Shown: positions 48,021 to 56,758 of the stretch, piece after piece
Layout of the letters: each line of letters begins with the position of its first letter
Position numbering within the stretch: position 1 is the stretch's first letter
NCBI GenBank assembly: GCA_017889625.1
Contig: JAGGAD010000002.1
Coordinates: 39,761 to 103,760 of the forward strand
DNA: 64,000 nt
Source: Bacillota bacterium
GTDB taxonomy: Bacteria; Bacillota; Negativicutes; Sporomusales; CTSoil-080
Reading direction: 5' to 3'
Made by a program: the position numbers and the translations under genes
Notes under the pieces: model-generated
What the model saw: the letters and a program-made list of their open reading frames with translations, nothing else
Told to the model about the DNA's origin: nothing
Database searches by the model: none

Positions 48021-49792
48021 GATTAAAACGCACCAACTCTTGTGGGGAATTGATGAGTAACTTTGCGGGCCAAGAAGTAGTATTGTGCGGCTGGGTTTCT
48101 CGCCGCCGCGATCATGGCGGCCTTATTTTTGTTGACCTTAGAGATCGCTCGGGTATTGTTCAGGTGGTATTTTCGCCGGAAGTAGCTCAAGACGCGTTTC
48201 TCAAGGCTGAGACGGTGCGCAATGAATATGTGTTAACAGTACGAGGGGTAGTAAAGCTTCGAGATAGCGATACCATTAACCCTAATATGCCAACCGGGGA
48301 AGTTGAAGTTAATGGTTTGGAAATTAGAATTCTTAATGCGGCAAAAACTCCGCCGTTTTATATTCAGGATGATATTGATGTCGATGAAACCTTGCGTCTC
48401 AAGTATCGATATTTGGACTTACGCCGGCCGGAGATGCAGCGTAATATCATCCTGCGTCACCGTGCTACCAAACTAATGCGTGACTATTTTGACAGCAATA
48501 ATTTTTTGGAAGTAGAAACGCCAATTTTGATTAAGAGTACCCCGGAAGGGGCGCGTGACTATCTTGTGCCTAGCCGGGTTCATCCTGGTAAATTCTTTGC
48601 TTTGCCACAATCACCGCAAATTTATAAACAAATTTTGATGGTGGCTGGCATTGAACGGTATTTTCAAATTGCTCGCTGTTTCCGGGATGAGGACCTTCGG
48701 GCTGACCGTCAACCCGAATTTACCCAGCTAGATATTGAAATGTCCTTTGTTGATCAGGAAGACATCATGAAGATGATGGAAAAAATGCTGGCTTATTTGT
48801 TTAAAGAAGCCAACGGTATTGAAATATCTGCGCCATTTATTCGGATGACTTATGATGATGCTATGAATAAATATGGCTCAGACAAGCCTGACCTTCGGTT
48901 TGGAATGGAACTTATGGATATTTCGGAAGCTGTACGCGGTTCGGAATTTAAGGTCTTTGAATCGGTACTTAAGGCCGGAGGCCGGGTTAAGGCTATCAAA
49001 GTACCAAATTACTCTCATATTCCCCGTAAGGAACTAGATGGCTTGGTTGAATATGTTGGCTCGTTTGGCGGTAAGGGTCTGGCTTGGATGTGTTATACTC
49101 CAGACGGCATAAAATCGCAAATTACGAAATTCTTTTCAGAAGAAATCGTTGGCAAAATCACTGCAATGACTGAAGCCGGCGAAGGAGATCTCTTATTATT
49201 AATGGCGGACAAACCGGCAGTTGTTAATCCGGTGTTAGGCCAGCTCCGACTGGAAATGGCTCGCCGCTTAGATATGATTGATCCTGATAAACTGTGTTTC
49301 TTATGGGTCGTTGATTTTCCGATGTTTGAATATGATGAAGAAGAAAAACGTTGGGTGGCAATGCATCACATGTTTACCGCACCGCGTGATGAAGATATTC
49401 AGTACCTGGAACAAGATCCGGGCCGGGTTCTGGCTAAAGCTTACGACGTTATCTTGAACGGAACGGAACTTGGTGGCGGCAGTCTCCGGATTTATCAGCG
49501 CGATCTTCAAGAAAAAGTCTTTAATGCCATTGGATTTTCGGTTGAAGAAGCTACTGAGAAATTTGGCTATCTCTTGGAGGCATTTGAATATGGCACACCA
49601 CCGCATGGCGGCATTGCCTTGGGTATTGACCGCCTGATTATGCTCATGGCTGGTCGTCCTTCACTGCGCGATGTTATTGCTTTCCCTAAAACCCAGAGTG
49701 CAACCGACCTTATGGCTCAAGCTCCGGGAACCGTTGCGCCGCGACAACTTAAGGATTTGCATGTAAAACTTGATGTTTTAGCAAAAAAATAA
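48005..49792 (+). CDS. aspS: Aspartate--tRNA ligase
   Basis: Contains QSPQIYKQILM, FRDEDLRADRQPEFTQLD and GGGSLRIY. An alternative ATG lies at 48014. Confidence 0.97.
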   Translation: MDSMLGLKRTNSCGELMSNFAGQEVVLCGWVSRRRDHGGLIFVDLRDRSGIVQVVFSPEVAQDAFLKAETVRNEYVLTVRGVVKLRDSDTINPNMPTGEVEVNGLEIRILNAAKTPPFYIQDDIDVDETLRLKYRYLDLRRPEMQRNIILRHRATKLMRDYFDSNNFLEVETPILIKSTPEGARDYLVPSRVHPGKFFALPQSPQIYKQILMVAGIERYFQIARCFRDEDLRADRQPEFTQLDIEMSFVDQEDIMKMMEKMLAYLFKEANGIEISAPFIRMTYDDAMNKYGSDKPDLRFGMELMDISEAVRGSEFKVFESVLKAGGRVKAIKVPNYSHIPRKELDGLVEYVGSFGGKGLAWMCYTPDGIKSQITKFFSEEIVGKITAMTEAGEGDLLLLMADKPAVVNPVLGQLRLEMARRLDMIDPDKLCFLWVVDFPMFEYDEEEKRWVAMHHMFTAPRDEDIQYLEQDPGRVLAKAYDVILNGTELGGGSLRIYQRDLQEKVFNAIGFSVEEATEKFGYLLEAFEYGTPPHGGIALGIDRLIMLMAGRPSLRDVIAFPKTQSATDLMAQAPGTVAPRQLKDLHVKLDVLAKK

Positions 49793-49852
49793 GCTAGCTA
49801 TTGGTTTTAACCAGATATTTATTAGTGGAAAAAGATTCCGGCATTGGCACGC

Positions 49853-49881
49853 TTGCAAATCGTGCCAATGTCTGGTATTAT
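49853..49881 (+). promoter_or_regulatory. Near-consensus sigma-A promoter for the downstream sRNA
   Basis: TTGCAA (49853-49858), a 17-nt spacer, and the extended -10 TGg-TATTAT (49873-49881). Confidence 0.5.
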
Positions 49882-49887
49882 AAGAGA

Positions 49888-50136
49888 CGAAATAATCAGA
49901 TAGTTTAATAAATGTGGCTATTAGCCCTGCTGTGTGCGTGTATGCCATTGTTTTGTTCCAACACATTTACAATGGGAGCTTGGTCTCTGGGTATGAATTG
50001 TAAGCCCCCCTGAGGGGACACATGAAGTATTCAGGCGGGCACCCACCTGCCGAGGGCAGGTTCAAAACAACGGTGAACGGCATGGTGGGGATAATTGACT
50101 AAGTAAAGGCCGCCTCTTTGGAGTGCGGTCTTTTTA
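49888..50136 (+). ncRNA. Structured small RNA candidate (6S RNA/ssrS-like by synteny; identity unverified)
   Basis: It has its own promoter and a strong terminator, and contains no ORF with an RBS. A long imperfect closing helix (49918-49955 with 50063-50097) surrounds hairpins at 49967-50003, 50007-50017 and 50045-50061. It occupies the same slot as bsrA (6S-1) downstream of aspS in B. subtilis. Confidence 0.4.
50107..50136 (+). terminator. Intrinsic terminator of the sRNA candidate
   Basis: AGGCCGCCTC-TTTG-GAGTGCGGTCT: a 10-bp stem with one bulge and one G-U pair, followed by TTTTT. Confidence 0.7.
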
Positions 50137-50230
50137 GTTGTATATAAAACTTTGAGAAATTATTTTTAATATGCGTGGGGTGTAACGGTTGTATTTTACC
50201 AACCGTTAGATAAATTTACATCCTGTAAAT

Positions 50231-50277
50231 CACAAAAACCAGGAATAACCGGCTGTTGTTTGCCAGAGTCCTGGTTT
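50231..50277 (-). terminator. Intrinsic terminator candidate for the minus-strand HTH-PBP gene
   Basis: The minus strand reads AACCAGGA...TCCTGGTT with an inner 5-bp stem, followed by TTTTTGTG. It lies about 100 nt downstream of the stop codon. Confidence 0.45.
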
Positions 50278-50377
50278 GGGGTTTTGACGGTGTGATAATG
50301 AGAAGAGGCCGTTTCTGGAGTGAAGCATGGCCAAACTATGCAATAATTACATTTACTATCGGAGAAATGTTTGAGGC

Positions 50378-51313
50378 TTAGGTTTCAGCTATTATTTTTC
50401 CGGTATAAGACAGATCATAACCGCCCATCCCCGATATTTCGCTTTGAAAACTTTCTGACAGTAAAACAGATAAAATTGCTTGAAAGCCGGGCTTGTCCAT
50501 GTCTTCTTTGCGGATCACAAGGTCGCAGCGTTCCTGTTGCAACGGGATAAAATCAATTTTTTGTACCTGCAGGGCGGCTTTTTCAATACCAATCCCGACA
50601 TCGGCCGCTCCTCTGGCGACATGACTAGCTACTGCTGTGTGACTAAGTTCTTCTTGTTCATACCCATTAATTTCTCTATGGTCAATATTAAGGGCTCGCA
50701 GTTTCTCATCAAGCAAAACCCTAGCTCCACTGCCGCATTCACGGTTTACAAGTCGCACTCCCGAATTCGTTAAATCGCACCAATCGTGAATCGCTTTCGG
50801 ATTTCCTTTTGTTACATAAAAGCCTGCGGTCCGGGAAGCTAAGTTGATTAGTACCATCCTCTGTCCAGGAAGCATCCGTCGTACGTAAGGAACATTATAT
50901 TTTCCTGTATCCCGATCCCATAAATTGGCGGTGGCAATATTGACTATGCCTCGATAAAGAGCAATCAAGCCATCGACACTGCCGCAATGGTGGCGTAAAA
51001 ACCTGATCGCTGGCAATTTTTCCTCCAGATGCCTTGTCAGGCTATCTAAAATAATGTCCTGACCGCAAATAATAAGTTCGTTTTGTCCGGCAGACGGAAT
51101 TTCGGCGGGAGTAGTTAGCGATATTAGTCCGGAAGGAGATTGGTTCTTGGAGTTTCTGATATAGGTATCCAAGTCTGCTGCATCAATGCGGATTTTACGG
51201 CCGATGCGATACCCGGTCAAATCTCCTCGACTAATCATTTTATATACGGTAAGTTTCGTGATTTTTAACAAATTTGCTACTTCTTCAGCAGTATATGATT
51301 GAGTATCGTTCAA
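50378..51313 (-). CDS. Excisionase/MerR-type HTH DNA-binding protein fused to a periplasmic-binding-protein-like (molybdate/tungstate-type, COG1910-like) domain
   Basis: N-terminal YTAEEVANLLKITKLTVYKMISRGDLTGYRIGRKIRI (excisionase-family HTH). The C-terminal ~230 aa form a PBP-like domain (NLASRTAGFY, NRECGSGARVLLD). TTG start lies 8 nt after GGAGTG. Confidence 0.75.
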   Translation of the reverse strand: MNDTQSYTAEEVANLLKITKLTVYKMISRGDLTGYRIGRKIRIDAADLDTYIRNSKNQSPSGLISLTTPAEIPSAGQNELIICGQDIILDSLTRHLEEKLPAIRFLRHHCGSVDGLIALYRGIVNIATANLWDRDTGKYNVPYVRRMLPGQRMVLINLASRTAGFYVTKGNPKAIHDWCDLTNSGVRLVNRECGSGARVLLDEKLRALNIDHREINGYEQEELSHTAVASHVARGAADVGIGIEKAALQVQKIDFIPLQQERCDLVIRKEDMDKPGFQAILSVLLSESFQSEISGMGGYDLSYTGKIIAET

Positions 51314-51571
51314 TGTTCACACTCCATTCACGGTTTGCATTCATAGGGATAGAGATGTTGTAAGCGTATTATAAATTATAGCTTTTGTTGATGGTGGCTT
51401 TATAATCAGCAATAGTTAAATTTTGGCGTTTCCCGATAAGAAGATATTATAAAATCCAGTATATGACAAAGTACGAATTTCGTAAATAATAAACACGATA
51501 ATTATACCTCAACTTACTCAATGAACAAAACAAATCTTGGATCATTTCTTTCGGAGGATGACGAAAAATTT

Positions 51572-51602
51572 AAAATAACGCCCAGACTATCGGCGTTATT
51601 TT
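51572..51602. terminator. Bidirectional hairpin terminator
   Basis: AAAATAACGCC-CAGACTATC-GGCGTTATTTT: an 11-bp stem with A/T runs on both sides. It lies directly downstream of the decayed minus-strand ORF. Confidence 0.6.
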
Positions 51603-51605
51603 AAA

Positions 51606-51836
51606 TTAAGTATTTGCTACAAGTTCTTTAATGTATTGATAAACCTTTGTAAATACCTTACAAACTTCAGCGACATAGTCTTCGTTTAATTGCTCTGTAG
51701 AACGTTATCCGGCACGCTATCTAGTAACACTTGAAATTTTGTTTTTTTCGATCATGGCTTTAACAATTTCTGTGGTGGCTTCTAAATTATTTATTTTTAT
51801 CCTTTCTGGTCTGAGCGTAGTGATTACGTTCGACAC
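51606..51836 (-). pseudogene. Decayed small ORF (~76 codons, two in-frame stops), family unknown
   Basis: One minus-strand frame reads VSNVITTLRPERIKINNLEATTEIVKAMIEKNKISSVTR*RAG*RSTEQLNEDYVAEVCKVFTKVYQYIKELVANT*. The in-frame stops are at 51717-51719 (TAG) and 51705-51707 (TAA). The final stop abuts the hairpin terminator. Confidence 0.25.
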
Positions 51837-52080
51837 TCATAAGGGAAAACCTGTAAATTTATTTAAAGTGAAGTGTACTTTGGGTAACTTGCAAAATATT
51901 TCAATCTAAAGTGTGTATGGTAAATATAAACCGCATTCTTAGGCAAGACAAATTCTAAGTTTTAGTAGTTTTTTAGTATTCAAGGATTTTTAAAATTTAC
52001 CAAGAATAATATACTAATTCAAGATAATAACTGATGAACGGATAACGAGTTTATTCGGTAAGGATAGAGGAGGCCTTCCG

Positions 52081-53385
52081 GTGAGTTTATTTGATGATGA
52101 TATTGTAACTCCAGCTCCCAAGCCGCCGCTGGCGGTTAGAATGCGACCGGTTACGCTTGATGAGTTTGTAGGACAAACCGAGATAGTTGGCAACGGAATG
52201 TTTTTACGACGGATGATAGCCGCAGATACAGTACCGTCCTCAATATTTTTCGGCCCGCCTGGAACCGGTAAGACAACGCTGGCTCAAATTATTGCCAATG
52301 AAACTAATTCTCAGTTTGAACAAATCAATGCTGTGTCCGCCGGGGTGGCTGATCTACGGAAGATTATTGATAATGCTAAGAACCGGTTGACTATTCACCG
52401 CAAACGGACGCTCTTGTTTATTGACGAAATTCACCGATTTTCCAAATCACAGCAAGATGTGCTGCTGCCTTACGTAGAAAATGGAACAGTGACGTTAATC
52501 GGGGCAACTACCGAAAACCCTTACTTCGAAGTTAATTCCCCGCTGTTGTCCCGCGTCAGGATTTTTCGTCTTCAGCCGCTTGATGAAGCGGCAATAGTGA
52601 ATATTTTAGAACATGCATTAACGGACGAAGTACGCGGTTTAGGTAAAACCAAATTTACTTGTGATATATCTGTGTTGGAACTCATCGCCTCAATTGCTAA
52701 TGGTGATGCCCGTGTTTCGCTAAATCTCTTAGAACAGGCGGCAGCGATGGGCAGCGATGGAACGGCGATAACTAGAGAACAAATAATTGCCATTGCCGGA
52801 GATAAAGTGGTGTCGTATGACAAAAACGGTGATAATCATTACGATATCATTTCGGCGTTTATTAAAAGCATGCGCGGTTCAGATCCTGATGCAGCTATTC
52901 ACTACCTGGCCCGAATGATAGTAGCTGGCGAGGACGTCAAATTTATTGCCCGACGTATTGTTATTTGCGCGGCGGAGGATGTGGGCAACGCTGATCCAAT
53001 GGCGCTTAATGTGGCGATGGCCGCGGCTCAGGCGGTACAATTTATCGGTATGCCTGAAGGCCGTATTCCGTTGGCTCAAGCTGTAGTGTATGTTGCAACC
53101 GCTCCTAAGAGCAACGCTGCTTATAATGCCATTAACCAGGCCATCGCGGATGTCAAAGGTAAAAACATCGGTCAAGTGCCTAGTCATCTTCGTGATTCCA
53201 GCTATAAAGGCGCTAATAACTTAGGCCATGGTATTAATTATCAGTACCCGCATAATTATGCCGGGGCCTATATAAAACAACAGTATTTACCTGATGAACT
53301 AATAGGGACGAGTTATTATACTCCGACTACTTATGGATATGAAGCTACTATTGCTGAACGAATAAAAAAGCTAACTAAAAAATAA
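52081..53385 (+). CDS. rarA: Replication-associated recombination protein A (RarA/MgsA)
   Basis: Walker A GPPGTGKTT and Walker B LFIDEIHRF, plus a C-terminal MgsA domain. GTG start follows GGAGG. Confidence 0.95.
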   Translation: MSLFDDDIVTPAPKPPLAVRMRPVTLDEFVGQTEIVGNGMFLRRMIAADTVPSSIFFGPPGTGKTTLAQIIANETNSQFEQINAVSAGVADLRKIIDNAKNRLTIHRKRTLLFIDEIHRFSKSQQDVLLPYVENGTVTLIGATTENPYFEVNSPLLSRVRIFRLQPLDEAAIVNILEHALTDEVRGLGKTKFTCDISVLELIASIANGDARVSLNLLEQAAAMGSDGTAITREQIIAIAGDKVVSYDKNGDNHYDIISAFIKSMRGSDPDAAIHYLARMIVAGEDVKFIARRIVICAAEDVGNADPMALNVAMAAAQAVQFIGMPEGRIPLAQAVVYVATAPKSNAAYNAINQAIADVKGKNIGQVPSHLRDSSYKGANNLGHGINYQYPHNYAGAYIKQQYLPDELIGTSYYTPTTYGYEATIAERIKKLTKK

Positions 53386-53489
53386 ATGTAAATTATTTCC
53401 TGGGAATGCTGCATTTACGGCAGTTTGCTCCGGGAATCTGCGGTGGCATAATTTCAATAAAAAAAGTCAAAAATAGCTGAGATAATCCT

Positions 53490-53518
53490 TTGACAAACAA
53501 ATTATACTCTGCTATATT
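53490..53518 (+). promoter_or_regulatory. Sigma-A promoter candidate for the Rrf2-nifS-nifU-mnmA operon
   Basis: TTGACA (53490-53495), a 17-nt spacer, and TATATT (53513-53518). Confidence 0.5.
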
Positions 53519-53568
53519 TATACATAAGAAAACCGATTGTTTTAGTCGGAATAGCGGGAGAAGATGCC

Positions 53569-53997
53569 ATGAAATTATCGACTAAGGGGCGTTATGGTGT
53601 GATGGCAATGTTTGACCTAGCCCTGCATTATGGCCAAGGCCCGATATCACTGAAGAGTGTAGCTCAACGTCAAGGAATTTCAGAGCATTACCTGGAACAG
53701 CTAATGGGAGTATTACGTAAAGCCGGTTATGTGAAAAGTATCCGTGGGGCACAGGGCGGATATACTTTAACCAGAGATCCGGCTCAGATAACGGTAGGCG
53801 AAATTGTCCGGATTATGGAAGGACCGATTGCTCCGGTTGATTGTCTGTTGGCTGCTTCTAAAAATAATGAATACTGTAACCGGGCCCAGACTTGCGTGAC
53901 CCGCGGCGTTTGGGCTAAGGTGCGAGATAGTATAACTGCTGTGGTTGATTCAATAACTTTGGCGGATTTGTGCAAAGAAGACCAGATTAAGGAGTGA
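53569..53997 (+). CDS. Rrf2 family transcriptional regulator (IscR/CymR-like)
   Basis: Contains MKLSTKGRYGVMAMFDLAL and a three-Cys cluster (PVDC..YC..QTC). It sits upstream of nifS/nifU. Confidence 0.9.
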   Translation: MKLSTKGRYGVMAMFDLALHYGQGPISLKSVAQRQGISEHYLEQLMGVLRKAGYVKSIRGAQGGYTLTRDPAQITVGEIVRIMEGPIAPVDCLLAASKNNEYCNRAQTCVTRGVWAKVRDSITAVVDSITLADLCKEDQIKE

Positions 53998-54003
53998 GTT
54001 TTT

Positions 54004-55212
54004 GTGAAACGGATTTATTTTGATCATTCGGCAACAACACCGGTCGATAAAGATGTAGCAAAATTGGTGCTGGAATATATGACCGATAAGTTTGGTAACG
54101 CTTCAAGTATTCATAGCTTTGGTCGGGAAGCCCGCCGAGCCGTAGAAGAGTCCAGGGAGAAAGTGGCGGCTCTTCTTGGGGCGGAAAATAATGAAATTTT
54201 CTTTACTAGCGGTGGCACTGAAGGGGACAATTTTGCAATTAAAGGCGTGGCTTACGCCAACCGTAAAAAAGGAAATCATATTATTACTTCGAGTATTGAG
54301 CATCACGCCGTACTTCATACATGCGAATATTTAGCTAAAAATGGCTTTGAAATTACTTATCTTCCGGTTGACGAATATGGCATGGTTAATGTTGAAGATG
54401 TGAAAAATGCGATTACTGATAAGACTATACTTATTTCAGTAATGTATGCTAATAATGAAGTCGGTACAATCCAGCCAATCAAAGAAATAGGGGCGTTGGC
54501 TAAAGCCCGGGGCATTTATTTTCATACCGATGCGGTACAAGCGGCTGGAAATTATCCGATTAATGTTAAAGACGAAAATATCGATCTGTTAACAATGTCT
54601 GGCCACAAGCTATATGGCCCTAAAGGTACAGGCGCGTTATATATCCGGCGCGGGGTACGCATTGAACCTGTTCAACATGGCGGCGCCCATGAACGCAATA
54701 TGCGGGCTGGGACCGAGAATGCTCCAGGTATTGTCGGACTTGGTTTAGCTTGTGAAATCGCTAAACGTGAAATGAACGAAAAAAATTCCCGGATAGCTGC
54801 GCTCAGGGATAAAATTATCCGCGAAGTAACGGCAAAAATTCCTCATGCTAAATTGAATGGTCATCCGACACTGAGACTGCCAGGAAATGTTAACTTTAGT
54901 TTCCTTTATGTTGAAGGGGAGTCTTTGCTCTTAAATCTGGATATGAAAGGTATTGCGGCATCAAGCGGTTCGGCTTGCACTTCGGGTTCACTTGACCCAT
55001 CCCATGTGTTACTTGCAATGGGACTAACTCACGAAGTTGCCCATGGTTCGCTTAGGGTTACCTTAGGGCGTGGCAACACTGAAGAAGAAGTAGACTACTT
55101 ACTTGAAGTTTTGCCGGAAATTCTCGATCGTCTAAGGGCTATGTCGCCGCTTTACGGTGAAAGTGCTAATTTGAAGCCGGCTAATCCTTGCAGTACTTGT
55201 CATGTTCACTAA
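54004..55212 (+). CDS. nifS: Cysteine desulfurase (NifS/IscS type)
   Basis: PLP-lysine motif SGHKLYGPKG and active-site motif SSGSACTS. GTG start follows AAGGAGTGA. Confidence 0.95.
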   Translation: MKRIYFDHSATTPVDKDVAKLVLEYMTDKFGNASSIHSFGREARRAVEESREKVAALLGAENNEIFFTSGGTEGDNFAIKGVAYANRKKGNHIITSSIEHHAVLHTCEYLAKNGFEITYLPVDEYGMVNVEDVKNAITDKTILISVMYANNEVGTIQPIKEIGALAKARGIYFHTDAVQAAGNYPINVKDENIDLLTMSGHKLYGPKGTGALYIRRGVRIEPVQHGGAHERNMRAGTENAPGIVGLGLACEIAKREMNEKNSRIAALRDKIIREVTAKIPHAKLNGHPTLRLPGNVNFSFLYVEGESLLLNLDMKGIAASSGSACTSGSLDPSHVLLAMGLTHEVAHGSLRVTLGRGNTEEEVDYLLEVLPEILDRLRAMSPLYGESANLKPANPCSTCHVH

Positions 55213-55235
55213 ATCAATGATGGGAGATAATACTT

Positions 55236-55610
55236 ATGTATACTGAAAAAGTAATGGATCATTTTTCCAATCCCCGTAATGTTGGCGATATTAAAGATGC
55301 TGATGGCGTTGGTGAAGTCGGTAATGCTAAATGCGGCGATATAATGCGGATATATTTAAAAGTTGACGATAACGATGTAATAACTGATGTAAAATTTAAA
55401 ACCTTTGGCTGTGGAGCCGCTATTGCCACCAGCAGTATGGTAACCGAAATGGTAAAAGGCAAGACCTTGGATGAAGCCCTGGAAGTGACCAATGCAGCAG
55501 TAGCTGAAGCATTAGGTGGTTTGCCTCCGGTTAAAATGCACTGTTCCAATTTAGCTGCTGATGCTATGCATGAAGCAATAAAAGACTATAAAGCTAAAAA
55601 GGGAAAGTGA
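55236..55610 (+). CDS. nifU: Fe-S cluster assembly scaffold NifU/IscU
   Basis: Three conserved Cys contexts are present: GNAKCGD, FGCGAAIA and HCSNLA. Confidence 0.95.
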   Translation: MYTEKVMDHFSNPRNVGDIKDADGVGEVGNAKCGDIMRIYLKVDDNDVITDVKFKTFGCGAAIATSSMVTEMVKGKTLDEALEVTNAAVAEALGGLPPVKMHCSNLAADAMHEAIKDYKAKKGK

Positions 55611-55618
55611 GTAGTAGT

Positions 55619-56704
55619 ATGACGGCAAAACCACGTGTGGTTGTAGCCATGAGCGGAGGGGTGGACAGTTCTTTGACTGCCGCCCTTCTTGTACGCCAAG
55701 GCTATGATGTAATTGGGGCAACAATGCAGATATGGGATACAGAACGGGAGAGCGATGACCGGGGGTGCTGTTCGTTGACAGCCGTAGGCGATGCCAGACG
55801 GGTAGCAGATACTTTGGGTATTCCCTATTACGTGCTCAATTTCCGCGATATATTTCAAAAGACGGTTGTGGAATATTTTATTCGCGAATACGCGTCCGGG
55901 CGGACGCCGAATCCTTGCATTGCATGTAATCGCTATGTTAAATTCGAAGGTTTATTGAAAAAGGCCTTTGCGCTAGGGGCGGAATATCTCGCTACCGGTC
56001 ATTATTCTCGGATAAGTTTTGATAACCAGGCTAATCGATATGTACTGCGTAAAGGGGTTGATACCACCAAGGATCAGTCTTATGCGTTATACAACCTTAA
56101 TCAGCAAACCCTGAAACACTTTTTGATGCCGCTTGGCGATTTTACTAAAGTTGAGACGCGGCAAATGGCTAGGGAAATCGGACTGGCGGTAGCTGATAAA
56201 CCGGATAGTCAGGAAATTTGTTTTGTTCCTGACGACGATTATAAGAAGTTTTTAGAAGAAAAAGCACCGCAAAGCTTACGCCCTGGCGATATGGTTGATA
56301 CCGCTGGCAATGTTATTGGCCGCCACAAAGGCTTGCCGCTTTATACTGTAGGCCAGCGTAAAGGGCTTGGTTTGGCAGCTGGAATGCCGCTCTATGTAGT
56401 AGCCCTTGATCCCGAGAACAACCGGGTCATTGTCGGCACAAATAATGATGTTTTTTCCAGTGAGCTTATTGCCGAAGATATGAATTATATTGCTTTTGAT
56501 GAAATTAATCAGCCAATTACGGCTGGAGTAAAAATCCGCTACAATGCTAAGGAGGCGCCGGCAACTGTTTCACCTTTGCCGGGAGGTAAAGTAGCGGTTA
56601 AATTTGATACCCCGCAACGGGCTGTTACGCCTGGCCAGGCGGTTGTTTTATACGATGGTGATGTTGTATTAGGCGGCGGTACAATAGCCAGCGTTATACG
56701 CTAA
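55619..56704 (+). CDS. mnmA: tRNA 2-thiouridine(34) synthase MnmA
   Basis: PP-loop VAMSGGVDSS and the catalytic Cys context NPCIACN. An alternative GTG lies at 55607. Confidence 0.95.
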   Translation: MTAKPRVVVAMSGGVDSSLTAALLVRQGYDVIGATMQIWDTERESDDRGCCSLTAVGDARRVADTLGIPYYVLNFRDIFQKTVVEYFIREYASGRTPNPCIACNRYVKFEGLLKKAFALGAEYLATGHYSRISFDNQANRYVLRKGVDTTKDQSYALYNLNQQTLKHFLMPLGDFTKVETRQMAREIGLAVADKPDSQEICFVPDDDYKKFLEEKAPQSLRPGDMVDTAGNVIGRHKGLPLYTVGQRKGLGLAAGMPLYVVALDPENNRVIVGTNNDVFSSELIAEDMNYIAFDEINQPITAGVKIRYNAKEAPATVSPLPGGKVAVKFDTPQRAVTPGQAVVLYDGDVVLGGGTIASVIR

Positions 56705-56758
56705 ATAGAATATATTTTGATAGAATAGAATATGGATAATGAGCTGGGAGGGTTTCTA

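Noticed and set aside
49912-50013. A 33-codon Cys-rich ORF (MWLLALLCACMPLFCSNTFTMGAWSLGMNCKPP) inside the sRNA candidate.
   Set aside because: No Shine-Dalgarno sequence lies upstream. The region is better explained by RNA helices. No maturation or radical-SAM peptide-modifying genes are adjacent. It is kept only as an alternative to test by Ribo-seq.
50183-50230. Two perfect hairpins (TAACGGTTG...CAACCGTTA at 50183-50208; ATTTACA-TCC-TGTAAAT at 50214-50230) downstream of the sRNA terminator.
   Set aside because: Neither strand has a U-tract, and there is no adjacent ORF or recognisable motif. They may belong to the 3' region of the minus-strand regulator gene. The evidence is insufficient for a call.
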